Source: an uncultured Lentimicrobiaceae bacterium
Lineage (GTDB): Bacteria > Bacteroidota > Bacteroidia > Bacteroidales > WCHB1-69
Assembly: GCA_964653595.1 (NCBI GenBank)
Contig: CAZZHH010000016.1
Coordinates: forward strand, 1,349 to 65,348
Length of the DNA stretch: 64,000 nucleotides
Reading direction: 5' to 3'
Position 1 is the stretch's first letter; each line of letters begins with the position of its first letter. The translations under genes and the position numbers were made by a program. Positions 29,101 to 39,654 of the stretch are shown one piece after another. The notes below the pieces were generated by a model, which was not told where the DNA came from, searched no databases, and worked only from the letters and a program-made list of their open reading frames with translations.

Positions 29101-32100
29101 ATGATGAAACTAACTTACTTCAAAGATATTTCCTTCCTTCAAGCAATCAAAGCTTTATTTAACGAACTTAACGTTCCTGTTAATTATGTTGCCGATGAAC
29201 CAACTTCAGCACAAGAAATTTTAAAAGATACCTACAAAGAAAACAGCACGTTTCAACTCGTAAACGAAGTGTATTTTGTGGGGATGGTTGACGATGCTGC
29301 TTTTGAAGGCAACAAAAGTCTTGCTGTCGAAAAAATCAAATCCGATTACGATGGTATTTTGATTTTTGGCGTATCTCTCAATCAGCGTGAAAACAACCTT
29401 TTGCCTACACGTTCGCAATTGGCTGAAATTTCAAGGGCATTTAATCGTGAGTTTTATTACACACCTGTTGTATTGGTTTTTAAATATGCCGATGACAAAG
29501 GACAATATATTGCATTTGCCAACACCGAACGACTGCAATACAAACAGGCGTGGCGTGAAGGTGAAAAAGCAGGAAAAGTGTCTTTGCTACGTGATATTGA
29601 CATACAACGCCCACACCGTGGGCACGAAGATATAATTAACCAACTTCGTATTCAAACATCTGGTACAAAAGCCGTTGATACTTTCGCCAAACTTTATGCT
29701 TATTGGCAAGAGGTTTTTAGTGTTAGTGTTCTTAACAAGCGATTCTATCTGGAACTTTCAAACTGGTATTTTTGGGCAGTTAAGCAGGTTACTTTCCCTG
29801 ATAAACCAACCGAAGCCGATGCAATTAAGAAAAATGCCAAGTTGGAGGATTTAATTCAGGAACATAATGCTACCAATGTCATTCGTTTGCTTACTCGTTT
29901 GTTATTTACTTGGTTTATTAAAGAAAAAAAACTGATTCCCGAGGAACTGTTTGACCTCGAAGCATTGCAAAAAGATATTTTGAACGATATTGCACCGTAT
30001 CATGAAAATGGCTTGTTTAATCAGGCAAATAAAGACAGTGTTTATTACAGGGCAATCCTGCAAAACTTGTTTTTTGCTTCGCTTAACTGTCCAATAAAAC
30101 CCGATGGCACTGATTCCCGCGAACGTGGTTTCCGTGGCGATGGGTATGGTACACACCGTGGCATTGATTATTTGATGCGGTACAAACGATACTTTAAAAA
30201 TCCCGATACGTTTCTGGAACTGATGAACAAAACCGTTCCATTTTTGAATGGCGGTTTGTTTGAATGTTTGGACGATAAATACAGCAATACATACATTGAT
30301 GGCTTTTCTGACCAAATGACAAAAGGCGAACAATTAATTGTTCCCGACTATTTGTTTTTTGGCACACCCGAAGAGGTGGATTTAAGCACAGAATACGGCG
30401 TCAATAATAATACTACCAAGAAAGCAGCAGTTAAGGGATTGATAAATATTCTGAAATCGTACAAATTTACTATTACGGAAAATACCCCGATTGAAGAAGA
30501 CGTTGCCCTTGACCCCGAATTGTTGGGTAAAGTATTTGAAAACCTTTTGGCAAGTTACAATCCCGAAACCAAAACAACAGCACGTAAACAAACAGGCTCG
30601 TTCTATACTCCTCGTGAGATTGTTAACTACATGGTTGATGAAAGCCTGATTGCTTACCTGAAAAATGCAGTTACCGATTGGCAAATGGACGAAAAACAGG
30701 TGGACGAACAGTTGCACCAACTGGCTTCGTTTGATGCAAAAAACCCATTCGTTGAAAATCAAAAACTTACCCGTGATATAGTTTCAGCCCTCGACCGTTG
30801 TAAAATACTCGACCCTGCTTGCGGTTCGGGTGCTTTCCCTATGGGAGTACTTCAAAAAATGGTGCACATGCTGCAAAAGCTCGACCCTAATAACCTTATT
30901 TGGAAAGAGGTGCAAATACAAAAAGTGCAGGAAGAAACCAGCGAAGTGTTTAAAACTATTGACGACAAAGCCGAACGGGAAGAAAAACTGAAAGAAATAA
31001 ACAATGCTTTCGACCAACGGGTAAACGACCCCGATTATGCCCGTAAACTTTACCTGATTGAGAATTGTATTTATGGTGTGGATATACAGCCTATTGCCAC
31101 ACAAATTTCAAAACTACGTTTCTTTATTTCATTGGTGGTTGACCAAAAAAGCAATGCTAAAGCTGATGAAAATTTTGGCATACGCCCATTACCTAACCTT
31201 GAAACTCGTTTTGTTTCAGCAAATTCATTAGTTGAGATTAATAAAGAAACCAATTTATTTACTACTGACAAGGTAAAAACATTAGAAACAAAACTTAAAA
31301 AAATTAGACATCGTTTATTTAGTGCTAGAACTAAAGAAACAAAACTTAAATATCGCAACCTTGATTCTGAGTTAAGAATAGAAATTGCAGAAGAATTAAA
31401 AAATCAAGGTTTACCTGTTGATTCTGCCGAAAAATTAGCAAAATGGGACCCTTATGACCAAAATTTAACGTCTTCTTTCTTTGATAATGAATGGATGTTT
31501 GATATTCCAGATGGGTTCAATATTATCATAGGAAATCCACCATACATTAAAGAATATACTGATAGAAAAGCATTTGAGCCAATAAAAGGTAAAAAATATT
31601 ATCAAGGCAAAATGGATATATGGTATTATTTTGCTTGTGTTGGAATTGATTTATTAAGTGAAAATGGAATTTTGTGTTTTATAGCAACAAACAATTGGAC
31701 TACCAATGCCGGTGCATCAATATTAAGAAATAAAATTCTTGACGAGACAAAGCTTGAAAAGTTTATTGATTTTGGTAGTTACATGATTTTTGAAAGTGCC
31801 GCTATTCAAACAATGATATTTGTAATAAGAAAAGGCATAGCAGATAATTACTTATTAGATTATAGAAAAATAGAAAAATCCGCAGCAAATTTAACTGATG
31901 TTAATAAGATTCTAAACAAAGAAAAAGGCAATTATCTATATGAGACTATTGATTTTAAGAAAGATAAATGGTTAAACAAAAACTTTAATTTTGAAAATAC
32001 AGATATTGAGTCTATTCTTGATAAAATAAAAAACGTTTCAAATTTCAAATTTGATTCAAAGGAAGTAGGTACTGGTATTGATGTACATCAAGACTTTTTA

Positions 32101-33018
32101 AATAAAAAAGGTAAAGAGGTTTTAGGCTCATCTTACGAAGTTGGTGAAGGTATATTTAATATTACTAATGATGAATTGGAAGAATTATCCTTAGAAAAAA
32201 ATGAACTAGAATTAATAAAACCCTTTTACACAACAAATGAACTTGGAAGATACTTTGGTAATTCTAAAAATAGCATTTGGGTAATTTATACTGGTTCCGA
32301 TTTTAAAGATGTACGGAGAATAAAACCTTACCCGAATATAAAGAAACATCTTGATAGGTTTAAATCTGTAATAACCTCTGATAATAAACCATATGGCTTG
32401 CATCGGGCTCGAAATGAAAACTTTTTTATAGGAGAGAAAATTATATCTTTAAGAAAGTGTGCCACTCCAACCTTTACATATACTGATTTTGATTGTTATG
32501 TTTCTCAAACCTTCTTTGTAATTAAATCTCATAGAATTAACCTTAAATATCTAACAGGCCTTTTAAATTCAAAATTAGTTGCGTTTTGGTTGTGGCATAG
32601 AGGTAAACTTCAAGGAGACTTTTATCAGGTAGATAAAGAACCACTTTTAGAAATACCTTTGATAAAAGATGAAAGCAAAACCAAATTAATTGCCAGTTTG
32701 GTTGATTTTATTATTTATTTTACAAAAAAACAGATTGATACCTCAATTATGGAACAGGTATTAGATGCCCTTGTCTTTAATCTTTATTTCCCCGACCACA
32801 TGAAAGAACGTGAAATAGATGTGTTGCCATTTGTAGAGCGTGATATTGAAAAAGTGATGCAAAACAAAGAGTTTGAAAAATTAAGTGATACTGAGAAAGA
32901 ACAGGTAATTGAGCAATTGCATCAAACCTGGAGCCACCCCGATAGTGAAGTTCGCAACCGTATTAAGTTGTTTGCAGTGCGTAGCCCCGAGATTCTTAAA
33001 CCTATTTTAGAGAGTTAA
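29101..33018 (+). CDS. Large Eco57I/Type IIG-like N6-adenine DNA methyltransferase with C-terminal TaqI-like target-recognition domain (1305 aa)
   Basis: Motif [10 protein letters not shown] at 30811-30837 and motif IV NPPY at 31534-31545, with a long I-IV spacing as in the Eco57I/PglX-type family. Helical segment [21 protein letters not shown]. The C-terminal pattern ([25 protein letters not shown]...LLEIPL) is typical of Type IIG specificity domains. Confidence 0.9.
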   Translation: MMKLTYFKDISFLQAIKALFNELNVPVNYVADEPTSAQEILKDTYKENSTFQLVNEVYFVGMVDDAAFEGNKSLAVEKIKSDYDGILIFGVSLNQRENNLLPTRSQLAEISRAFNREFYYTPVVLVFKYADDKGQYIAFANTERLQYKQAWREGEKAGKVSLLRDIDIQRPHRGHEDIINQLRIQTSGTKAVDTFAKLYAYWQEVFSVSVLNKRFYLELSNWYFWAVKQVTFPDKPTEADAIKKNAKLEDLIQEHNATNVIRLLTRLLFTWFIKEKKLIPEELFDLEALQKDILNDIAPYHENGLFNQANKDSVYYRAILQNLFFASLNCPIKPDGTDSRERGFRGDGYGTHRGIDYLMRYKRYFKNPDTFLELMNKTVPFLNGGLFECLDDKYSNTYIDGFSDQMTKGEQLIVPDYLFFGTPEEVDLSTEYGVNNNTTKKAAVKGLINILKSYKFTITENTPIEEDVALDPELLGKVFENLLASYNPETKTTARKQTGSFYTPREIVNYMVDESLIAYLKNAVTDWQMDEKQVDEQLHQLASFDAKNPFVENQKLTRDIVSALDRCKILDPACGSGAFPMGVLQKMVHMLQKLDPNNLIWKEVQIQKVQEETSEVFKTIDDKAEREEKLKEINNAFDQRVNDPDYARKLYLIENCIYGVDIQPIATQISKLRFFISLVVDQKSNAKADENFGIRPLPNLETRFVSANSLVEINKETNLFTTDKVKTLETKLKKIRHRLFSARTKETKLKYRNLDSELRIEIAEELKNQGLPVDSAEKLAKWDPYDQNLTSSFFDNEWMFDIPDGFNIIIGNPPYIKEYTDRKAFEPIKGKKYYQGKMDIWYYFACVGIDLLSENGILCFIATNNWTTNAGASILRNKILDETKLEKFIDFGSYMIFESAAIQTMIFVIRKGIADNYLLDYRKIEKSAANLTDVNKILNKEKGNYLYETIDFKKDKWLNKNFNFENTDIESILDKIKNVSNFKFDSKEVGTGIDVHQDFLNKKGKEVLGSSYEVGEGIFNITNDELEELSLEKNELELIKPFYTTNELGRYFGNSKNSIWVIYTGSDFKDVRRIKPYPNIKKHLDRFKSVITSDNKPYGLHRARNENFFIGEKIISLRKCATPTFTYTDFDCYVSQTFFVIKSHRINLKYLTGLLNSKLVAFWLWHRGKLQGDFYQVDKEPLLEIPLIKDESKTKLIASLVDFIIYFTKKQIDTSIMEQVLDALVFNLYFPDHMKEREIDVLPFVERDIEKVMQNKEFEKLSDTEKEQVIEQLHQTWSHPDSEVRNRIKLFAVRSPEILKPILES

Positions 33019-33021
33019 GCC

Positions 33022-33483
33022 ATGAAAGATGCGATAGAAAAGATTAAGAACTCAAAAGACTATTTGAAAGAGTAAGCCCACCCTTCGCATCCATATACAA
33101 CTTGTACCGAACTTGTTTCGGTATTGGCAAGTCGCACAAAGCTACCCTGCAAACCAATTTTTGCGTTGAGTGAGAGCAGAACCAAACTTGTTTGAGTTAT
33201 GCCGAATGGAGCAAAAATCAGCAGAGCTAAAACTGGCCAAAGAGTATAGCTGCCCCAAACGCACGGCAGACAAGAAAGTGCAGCAAAAATGAAAGACAGA
33301 ATGACGAAAGACAAGAACGGCCAACTTGTAACAGGCGGTATCATTTATTGTCGAGATAGTGCTGAAATCATCGGCTGTGGCTCGCTTCAAACTACATCGT
33401 GGCTTGACAGTGACGTGCTTCGAAATCGGCTACAAAAACATACCGCCAATCCGTTCTGTTTTTTGAAATCTCCGATTAATTAA
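33022..33483 (+). pseudogene. Possible decayed gene: 17-codon ORF plus same-frame continuation with three in-frame stops (alternative reading: structured non-coding RNA/DNA)
   Basis: ATG at 33022, 4 nt after the methyltransferase stop. One frame runs 154 codons with internal stops only at 33073, 33193 and 33247. The region is about 45% GC in a roughly 33% GC genome. Two HTH-like stretches occur (TTCTELVSVLASRTKL, DSAEIIGCGSLQTTSWL). Evidence is weak. Confidence 0.3.
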
Positions 33484-35042
33484 TTTGGGTAAAATTGTTT
33501 TATGATTTGAACAGAGGAATCTTCTAAAATAAATTTTGGAATCTCCCTTTGTTGACTATCATACACAACAAACTTTGTCTTTTGGTTTTTAAGTTCCCTG
33601 TATTGATCTTCGTTTGGACAAAAATCGTACGCTGCATGCACATTTTTATGAAACATAAACGGCACATTAGATAAATAAGGAAGATTAAAAAAAGTATAAG
33701 ACGTATCTGGTTGTTCATTAATCAAATAATCAAATACAAGCAACTCATAATCTTTCACCTTTTTGTAGCCATTATTCATTTTTGAACCATGGGTATGAAT
33801 TTGGCTTATGGAATTAAAATTAATTAATCCCCAACATGAGATTAACAGAAGAATGCCCATAAATATTTTTAAAAAAATAGCTTGGCGTATAATGGTACTT
33901 AATTTTTGGTATGCATAATAAAATAAAGCTGCAAAGGATAAAAAGGCAATTGGGGCAAGGATAACAGTAAAAGAGATCATCTTAGTTGCCGCAATAGTAT
34001 AAAAACCATATACGCCAACAACGGATACAATCGTAAAAGCTCTAAATTGTCGATTTTTTTGATAAAACAACAAAACACATAACCCCAACAATAATATCCA
34101 AGGGACAAGATCTCCCTCGCCATAAATTGTATTTATCTGTTTGAAATGAAAAGTCCAATCGCCAACATGATCTTCAACCGGTTTACTAAAATGCAATACA
34201 TTATATTGATATTCAATATTTGCCTCTATCGGGAAACGACTAAAAGTATATATTTGCCAGGGTAAAAAGGTAGCTAAAGAAACACAAAAAGCCAACAAGG
34301 CATCTTGATAATATTTCCATTTTAATCGTTGCTCTTTATCTGTTATTATTGCAATTCCCCAACCCCCATAAACTAGCAGCCCAGCTAACCATTTATTAAG
34401 AACAGCAAAACCAGCAAATACGCCAATAAGTATAATCCATTTTCCCTTTCGGTGAGTTACATATTCTGTCCACGCCCACATGGAGGCGGCAATATAAAAG
34501 AGAAAAGCCATGTCGTTATGATCTGTGCTTCTATATCCGGATAGAAATTCTAGGACATAACTACAACACATAAATAACAAAGCTGCTATATACCCAACCT
34601 GTTCGTGCACCATGTTTTTACCAATTTTGAAAATAATGGGTATTAATAAAGCAAACATAATAATACTCGGAAGACGACCAGCGAGAGGTGAGACCCCAAA
34701 AATTTTCATACTAATTGCCATTTGCCATAAGAAAAGGGGCTGTTTGTGCAACCAAATGTGGTTTGATGTCCAACTTTCGGGGTTATAACCCAGCACTGGA
34801 TTTTTGTATAGCATAGGTTCAAAGGGACTCCCTATCATATTTTTAGCAACAAGCATATGATACTGCTCATCCCAATAATTTACGTATGAGTCGAGCAGCC
34901 CCATAAAAAGGCCAAGTGCCAACGAAGCCAAAAAAAGAAAAAGTAAAGCACCCTTTATCTTACTTGTATAGAACAAAAACAAAGAGCCAACTGTTAAAAA
35001 AAGTGCTACTCCGAATAGAGAATACTGCAAATTGTTATACAT
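33480..35042 (-). CDS. Family 39 (ArnT/PMT-like) glycosyltransferase, polytopic membrane protein
   Basis: About 12 TM helices. N-terminal loop YWDEQYHMLVAKNM resembles the DE/H motif region of GT-C/GT39-83 enzymes. Confidence 0.75.
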   Translation of the reverse strand: MYNNLQYSLFGVALFLTVGSLFLFYTSKIKGALLFLFLASLALGLFMGLLDSYVNYWDEQYHMLVAKNMIGSPFEPMLYKNPVLGYNPESWTSNHIWLHKQPLFLWQMAISMKIFGVSPLAGRLPSIIMFALLIPIIFKIGKNMVHEQVGYIAALLFMCCSYVLEFLSGYRSTDHNDMAFLFYIAASMWAWTEYVTHRKGKWIILIGVFAGFAVLNKWLAGLLVYGGWGIAIITDKEQRLKWKYYQDALLAFCVSLATFLPWQIYTFSRFPIEANIEYQYNVLHFSKPVEDHVGDWTFHFKQINTIYGEGDLVPWILLLGLCVLLFYQKNRQFRAFTIVSVVGVYGFYTIAATKMISFTVILAPIAFLSFAALFYYAYQKLSTIIRQAIFLKIFMGILLLISCWGLINFNSISQIHTHGSKMNNGYKKVKDYELLVFDYLINEQPDTSYTFFNLPYLSNVPFMFHKNVHAAYDFCPNEDQYRELKNQKTKFVVYDSQQREIPKFILEDSSVQIIKQFYPN

Positions 35043-35301
35043 TTAATTCATTTTTTTTCAAAGATACAAAACCAAACCGATACAAACATAATACCTATTC
35101 AAAATTTGAAAAAATCGTAAAGATAGTAGTTTTTCACTTTTAAAGTAATCTCTAAAAAAACAAAGTTCCTATTTTGTTCTTAAATTTTGTTTAATTTAGC
35201 ATTATTAAATGTTTTTAATTTTAATCATTCAACAAAAGGGGACCAAACAAAAATCTTTTATACCATAAAAAGTAACTTAGCCATTAAACCATACTATTTT
35301 C

Positions 35302-38300
35302 ATGAGAAAAGTTCAATATAAAATATTAATCATTCTTCTAGGGATTTCGATCATTATTATCGTGGCCTTGCTTTATATTCGTTATTCCATCGACAAGAAT
35401 GTATCTACATTGGCCAATCCATTTTTTAATGAAAAGCAAAAACAAATTGAAGAGATATTAAAAATAAAAGAAAAGTCTCAGAAAAACGCCACACTAAACA
35501 TTTACAACCAATTAGATCGTTTAGCCAGCAACATTCTCTTGAGAGACACCATAGAATTAAAGAAGCGTATTTTTCCCATGATTTTAGATTTGGATTATTA
35601 TGGATATGCCATATTGGATTCCAATTTTACGTCAGTAATCAGTCAAACCAGTGATAATATAGCGCCCAACATTAGTGGAATAGACCATGCAGTATTTGAA
35701 AATGGCATCCCTACTTTTTATTTACGACATCAAGGCAAACTGGTTATCGTTTCTGGCACAAGTGTGACTGCGACAAACAAGACAGTGGGTTATTTTTTAA
35801 CCTACCGGCTTTTATCCAATGCAGATCTTCTTGAAATTAATAATATAACAAAATCTACCTCAAGCATAGATTTTTCAAAAAAGGGCGAGCCTCATGAAGA
35901 TGAATATTTGGGCAATGGGGTTTTGGTTGTTTATAATCCTTTTTTCGACTTCAACGACAACCCGATAGCTTGGCTCAAGCTAGAACATAAAAACAACATT
36001 GTAAAAACATACGAAACGTATGCAAAAAACAATATGTTATATGCATCTCTTTTCTCTTTTATTGTCCTTATTATTCTAGCATTTTTACTTTTGAAATGGG
36101 TAGTTTCGCCAATTAGAATTATTGCGAACGCTTTGGTTACCGAAGATTTAAGACAATTAAAAAAAGGAAAAATGGGATCAGATGAGTTTGCAAACTTATC
36201 GTTACTAATTCTAGATTTTTTTACGCAAAAAAAGGAGTTGGAAGAGAATAAGATTTTACTCGACCATACAAGAAAAGAAGTTTTTTTAGAACGCGAGAAC
36301 TTAGAACGAGCTGAACAAATTGCCAATATTGGAACGTGGAAAAAAGATTTAAAAACTGGTGAAATATACTGGTCTAAACAGGTTTTCAACCAATTCGACA
36401 GAGATTTATCGTTGGGTATGCCCACAGAAGAAGAGATTAATAATCACATGTTGCCTTTTGATAAAACTATTTTGCAACTTCATTATCAAAAATGCATTAA
36501 AGAAGGATTTTCAAAATATCAGGTCACTATTAAAGCGACCAATGGAAAGATAAAAATTATTGAAAACACCTTAATTGCCGAATATGAAAACGGAGAAGCA
36601 GTAGCAATTTTTGGTTCTTCCTTTGATATTACCGAAAAACAAGAAGCGGAACAAAAAATCAGAATGCTTGCACACACTGTAGAGAGTGTAAATTTATGTG
36701 TGTCGATTTCCGATTTAAACGACGATATTTTATATGTAAACAAAGCATTTAAAGATATTTATGGATATACCGACGAAGAAATAATTGGTCAAAACTCAGC
36801 CATTTTAGTTTCCGATTTATACAAAGACAATGTAGATATTCTTCAAAAAACCATTGAAGGTGGATGGCATGGAGAGAGATGGAACAAGAAAAAAAATGGG
36901 CATCATTTTCAAATATCGATCGACACATCCCCTATATATGATGAAGAAGGAAAAATATTTGCAGTAGTTGGTTTTGCGCATGATATTACAGAGCGCGTAA
37001 GAATTTACGAGGAAATTTCGTTGAAGAACACCTATTTAGAATCTCTGATATCCAATATGCAAGCTGGTGTAATAGTAGAAGACGAAAACAGAAAAATTTC
37101 TGTAGTAAATGAACACTTAATAAAGATGTTCATTCAATCAGAGATATCACCAGAAGCTAAAAATGTGAAGGGTCTATCCTGTGAAGTGTTCCTCAAAGGG
37201 ATGAAAGCTGTAATTATCAATATAGATGATTTTTATAAAAGAATAAATGATCTATTATTAGAGCAAAAAATTTGTATCAACGAAGAGATTATATTAAAAG
37301 ATGGAAGAGTTTTGGAGCGTGATTTTGTGCCTTTAAACATCAACCATGAAGCAAAAGGAGTATTGTGGGTATATCGAGATGTAACAGAACGAAAATTAGT
37401 AGAAAAATTATTCTTGCGCCAAAATTCTATCTTCAAAGGAGTTGCTAATGCGTCCAAACATTTGTTAAGTATTCAAAATATTGATATAGCTATTAATAAA
37501 GCCATCACTGTTTTTGGAAAAGAGATCGATATAGATAGGGTATATGTGTTTGAATATCACAGAGTTAAAAAAGTTGATTGCATTTCTCAAACACATGAAT
37601 GGTGTAATGTAAATACTAAATCGCAATTTGACGATAGCAACCAACAATTAATCCCTTTTGATAATTTTCCTCGATGGAAAAGCATTTTAATGAATGGTGG
37701 TATCGTATCTGGCTTGGTGAGCGAGTTTCCAGATGAGGAAAGAATGTTTTTAGAATCTCGAGACATTAAATCCATTATCATAGCACCTCTGATGATAAAC
37801 AACGAATTTCTTGGATACATAGGGATAGATGATTGCACAAAAAACCATATTTGGACCGACACAGACATCTCTATTATTCATTTGCTTGCCACCAACATAT
37901 CGGGAGCCATTGAAATAAATATCAAGAAAAAAGAGTTGTTAGAATCGGCCAAAAATGCGGACCTAGCAAACCAATCCAAGTCTGAATTTTTAGCAAATAT
38001 GAGCCACGAAATTAGAACACCGATGAATGGAATAATCGGAATGACAGGGCTACTTTCGAACACATTGCTTTCAAAAGAACAATTAGACTATGTACAAACA
38101 ATTCGAATCAGTAGTGAATCATTGTTAACAATCATAAATGATATCTTAGATTTTTCAAAAATTGAATCTGGCAAAATGGAACTCGAAAACATAGATTTTA
38201 AAGTTTCAGACGTTATCGAAGAGGTTCTCGATTTGCTCATCCATAAGATTGAATCAAGAAAAATTGAAATCATGTACGATATCGATCCCAATGTGCCGAT

Positions 38301-39507
38301 TTATATAAAAGCTGATGTAACTCGTTTTAGGCAAATTTTGGTGAATTTAATTGGCAACTCCATCAAATTTACACAAGAAGGTTTCATCCTAACAAAGGTG
38401 TCGATAGATCCAGAAAATGATTCCAAATTGTTGATTGTTGTTTCCGACTCTGGGATAGGCATTTCTGAAGACAAAATGCCTCTATTGTTTAATTCTTTTA
38501 CCCAAGGGGATTCAACTATTACACGTAAGCATGGTGGTACTGGATTAGGGTTGGCAATTTGTAAGAAGCTCACACAACTTATGGGTGGAGATATTTGGGT
38601 GGAAAGTGAAGAGAACAAAGGCTCCTCGTTTACCTTTACCATATTGTTTCAACCAGCCAACGATAAAGGTTCAGAAATAGAAATTAGCTCATCCCAATTT
38701 GAAAACATATCGGTTCTAATTGTAGATGACAACCCCATCAATTGTTCCATTTTGATCAAGCAATGTGAATTAAAGAAAATGATTCCATATTCCACTACGA
38801 ACCCCGAAAAAGCGATTGAAATATTGAGAAATCATCCCGAAATAAAATTTTGCCTTCTAGATGTTTCGATGCCAATGATAGATGGTTTTAGTTTAGCAAA
38901 AGAGATAAGACAAACTTATGGTCCTACTCCATTTATTATCTTACTCTCTTCTATTCAAAAACATGATCAGAAACACAATGTATATTTTGATAAGTTTATA
39001 TCTAAACCAATAAAACAACAAGTTCTATTTGACTCGATTTCCTCACTATTAATAAATAGCAAAAGTTTAAAAAAGGAAAGCTCTCCTTTGATAAATACAG
39101 AGCAGAAACTCATGGGAGAAACACACCCAATGTCTATTCTTATAGCAGAAGACAATCCTATCAACCAAAAATTGCTTACACACATACTTCACAAAAACGG
39201 TTATCAACCCGATATTGCCTCTAATGGGCTAGAAGTACTACAATCGTTGAGAAGACAAAAGTATGATTTGATTTTTATGGATGTACAAATGCCAGAGATG
39301 GATGGTTTTGAGGCCACACGTCAAATACTCAAGCGATATTCGAAAGAAGAGCGGCCAATAATTGTTGCCGTAACAGCTAATGCAATGAAAGGAGATAAAG
39401 AATTATGTAAAAATGTGGGGATGGACGACTATATATCTAAACCTATACGAATAGAAGAGCTTAAAAGGGTAATCCTTAAATATTCTAGAAAAGAGGACAC
39501 CAATTAA
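35302..39507 (+). CDS. Hybrid sensor histidine kinase/response regulator (periplasmic sensor, PAS x3, GAF, HisKA, HATPase_c, two REC domains)
   Basis: H-box [18 protein letters not shown]-box [11 protein letters not shown]-boxes DSGIGI and GGTGLGLAI. Two receiver domains (DDNPIN...DVSMP, EDNPINQ...DVQMPEMDG). PAS-like repeats. Confidence 0.9.
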   Translation: MRKVQYKILIILLGISIIIIVALLYIRYSIDKNVSTLANPFFNEKQKQIEEILKIKEKSQKNATLNIYNQLDRLASNILLRDTIELKKRIFPMILDLDYYGYAILDSNFTSVISQTSDNIAPNISGIDHAVFENGIPTFYLRHQGKLVIVSGTSVTATNKTVGYFLTYRLLSNADLLEINNITKSTSSIDFSKKGEPHEDEYLGNGVLVVYNPFFDFNDNPIAWLKLEHKNNIVKTYETYAKNNMLYASLFSFIVLIILAFLLLKWVVSPIRIIANALVTEDLRQLKKGKMGSDEFANLSLLILDFFTQKKELEENKILLDHTRKEVFLERENLERAEQIANIGTWKKDLKTGEIYWSKQVFNQFDRDLSLGMPTEEEINNHMLPFDKTILQLHYQKCIKEGFSKYQVTIKATNGKIKIIENTLIAEYENGEAVAIFGSSFDITEKQEAEQKIRMLAHTVESVNLCVSISDLNDDILYVNKAFKDIYGYTDEEIIGQNSAILVSDLYKDNVDILQKTIEGGWHGERWNKKKNGHHFQISIDTSPIYDEEGKIFAVVGFAHDITERVRIYEEISLKNTYLESLISNMQAGVIVEDENRKISVVNEHLIKMFIQSEISPEAKNVKGLSCEVFLKGMKAVIINIDDFYKRINDLLLEQKICINEEIILKDGRVLERDFVPLNINHEAKGVLWVYRDVTERKLVEKLFLRQNSIFKGVANASKHLLSIQNIDIAINKAITVFGKEIDIDRVYVFEYHRVKKVDCISQTHEWCNVNTKSQFDDSNQQLIPFDNFPRWKSILMNGGIVSGLVSEFPDEERMFLESRDIKSIIIAPLMINNEFLGYIGIDDCTKNHIWTDTDISIIHLLATNISGAIEINIKKKELLESAKNADLANQSKSEFLANMSHEIRTPMNGIIGMTGLLSNTLLSKEQLDYVQTIRISSESLLTIINDILDFSKIESGKMELENIDFKVSDVIEEVLDLLIHKIESRKIEIMYDIDPNVPIYIKADVTRFRQILVNLIGNSIKFTQEGFILTKVSIDPENDSKLLIVVSDSGIGISEDKMPLLFNSFTQGDSTITRKHGGTGLGLAICKKLTQLMGGDIWVESEENKGSSFTFTILFQPANDKGSEIEISSSQFENISVLIVDDNPINCSILIKQCELKKMIPYSTTNPEKAIEILRNHPEIKFCLLDVSMPMIDGFSLAKEIRQTYGPTPFIILLSSIQKHDQKHNVYFDKFISKPIKQQVLFDSISSLLINSKSLKKESSPLINTEQKLMGETHPMSILIAEDNPINQKLLTHILHKNGYQPDIASNGLEVLQSLRRQKYDLIFMDVQMPEMDGFEATRQILKRYSKEERPIIVAVTANAMKGDKELCKNVGMDDYISKPIRIEELKRVILKYSRKEDTN

Positions 39508-39596
39508 GGGTAGAAACAATTGAGTTATATAAATATTAAATTTGAACATTTATAAATTTCTTCTAATAAAAAGAGTTCTAAATGGCTGAATAATCT

Positions 39597-39604
39597 TATT
39601 TTTG
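39597..39604 (+). promoter_or_regulatory. Bacteroidota -7 promoter box TATTTTTG
   Basis: TAnnTTTG located 51 nt upstream of the ATG at 39655. Confidence 0.4.
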
Positions 39605-39654
39605 CAAAAGCAAACAATGGTATTTTTTAAACACAACTATTAAAACACATAAGA

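Noticed and set aside
24563-33018. Calling the cassette a bona fide DISARM system
   Set aside because: DISARM is defined by the DrmA (helicase), DrmB (DUF1998) and DrmC core. No DrmA-like second helicase or DUF1998 protein is present anywhere in the window. Only the class 1 accessory-like parts (SNF2, adenine methylase, PLD) are seen, so I describe it as DISARM-like at most.
33060-33390. Minus-strand ORFs 33060-33344 (94 aa) and 33142-33390 (82 aa) as real genes
   Set aside because: They overlap each other and the plus-strand frame, have odd hydrophobic/Cys-rich composition, and have no start context. The region is open in several frames simply because it is GC-richer. It is better treated as decayed or non-coding DNA.
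33019-33483. tmRNA, RNase P RNA, SRP RNA or 6S RNA in the GC-rich tail (the patches at 4230-4440 and 24390-24470 were also considered)
   Set aside because: I looked for hallmark strings on both strands and found none. These were GGAAAGTCC-type P4 and ACAGAA..GGCTTA for RNase P, GGAAGCAGC for SRP domain IV, a tag-peptide ORF ending in ALAA plus a CCA-proximal T-arm for tmRNA. The GTCAGGTCCCGAA at about 4243 only superficially resembles the SRP 5' strand.
35931-38642. Series of minus-strand ORFs (60-164 aa) inside the hybrid kinase gene, and similar antisense ORFs inside the helicase, methyltransferase, korA, aspS and ABC-F genes
   Set aside because: All lie fully within long ORFs that carry clear catalytic motifs on the opposite strand. 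None has a recognisable domain. AT-rich genomes with biased codon use commonly give such shadow frames.
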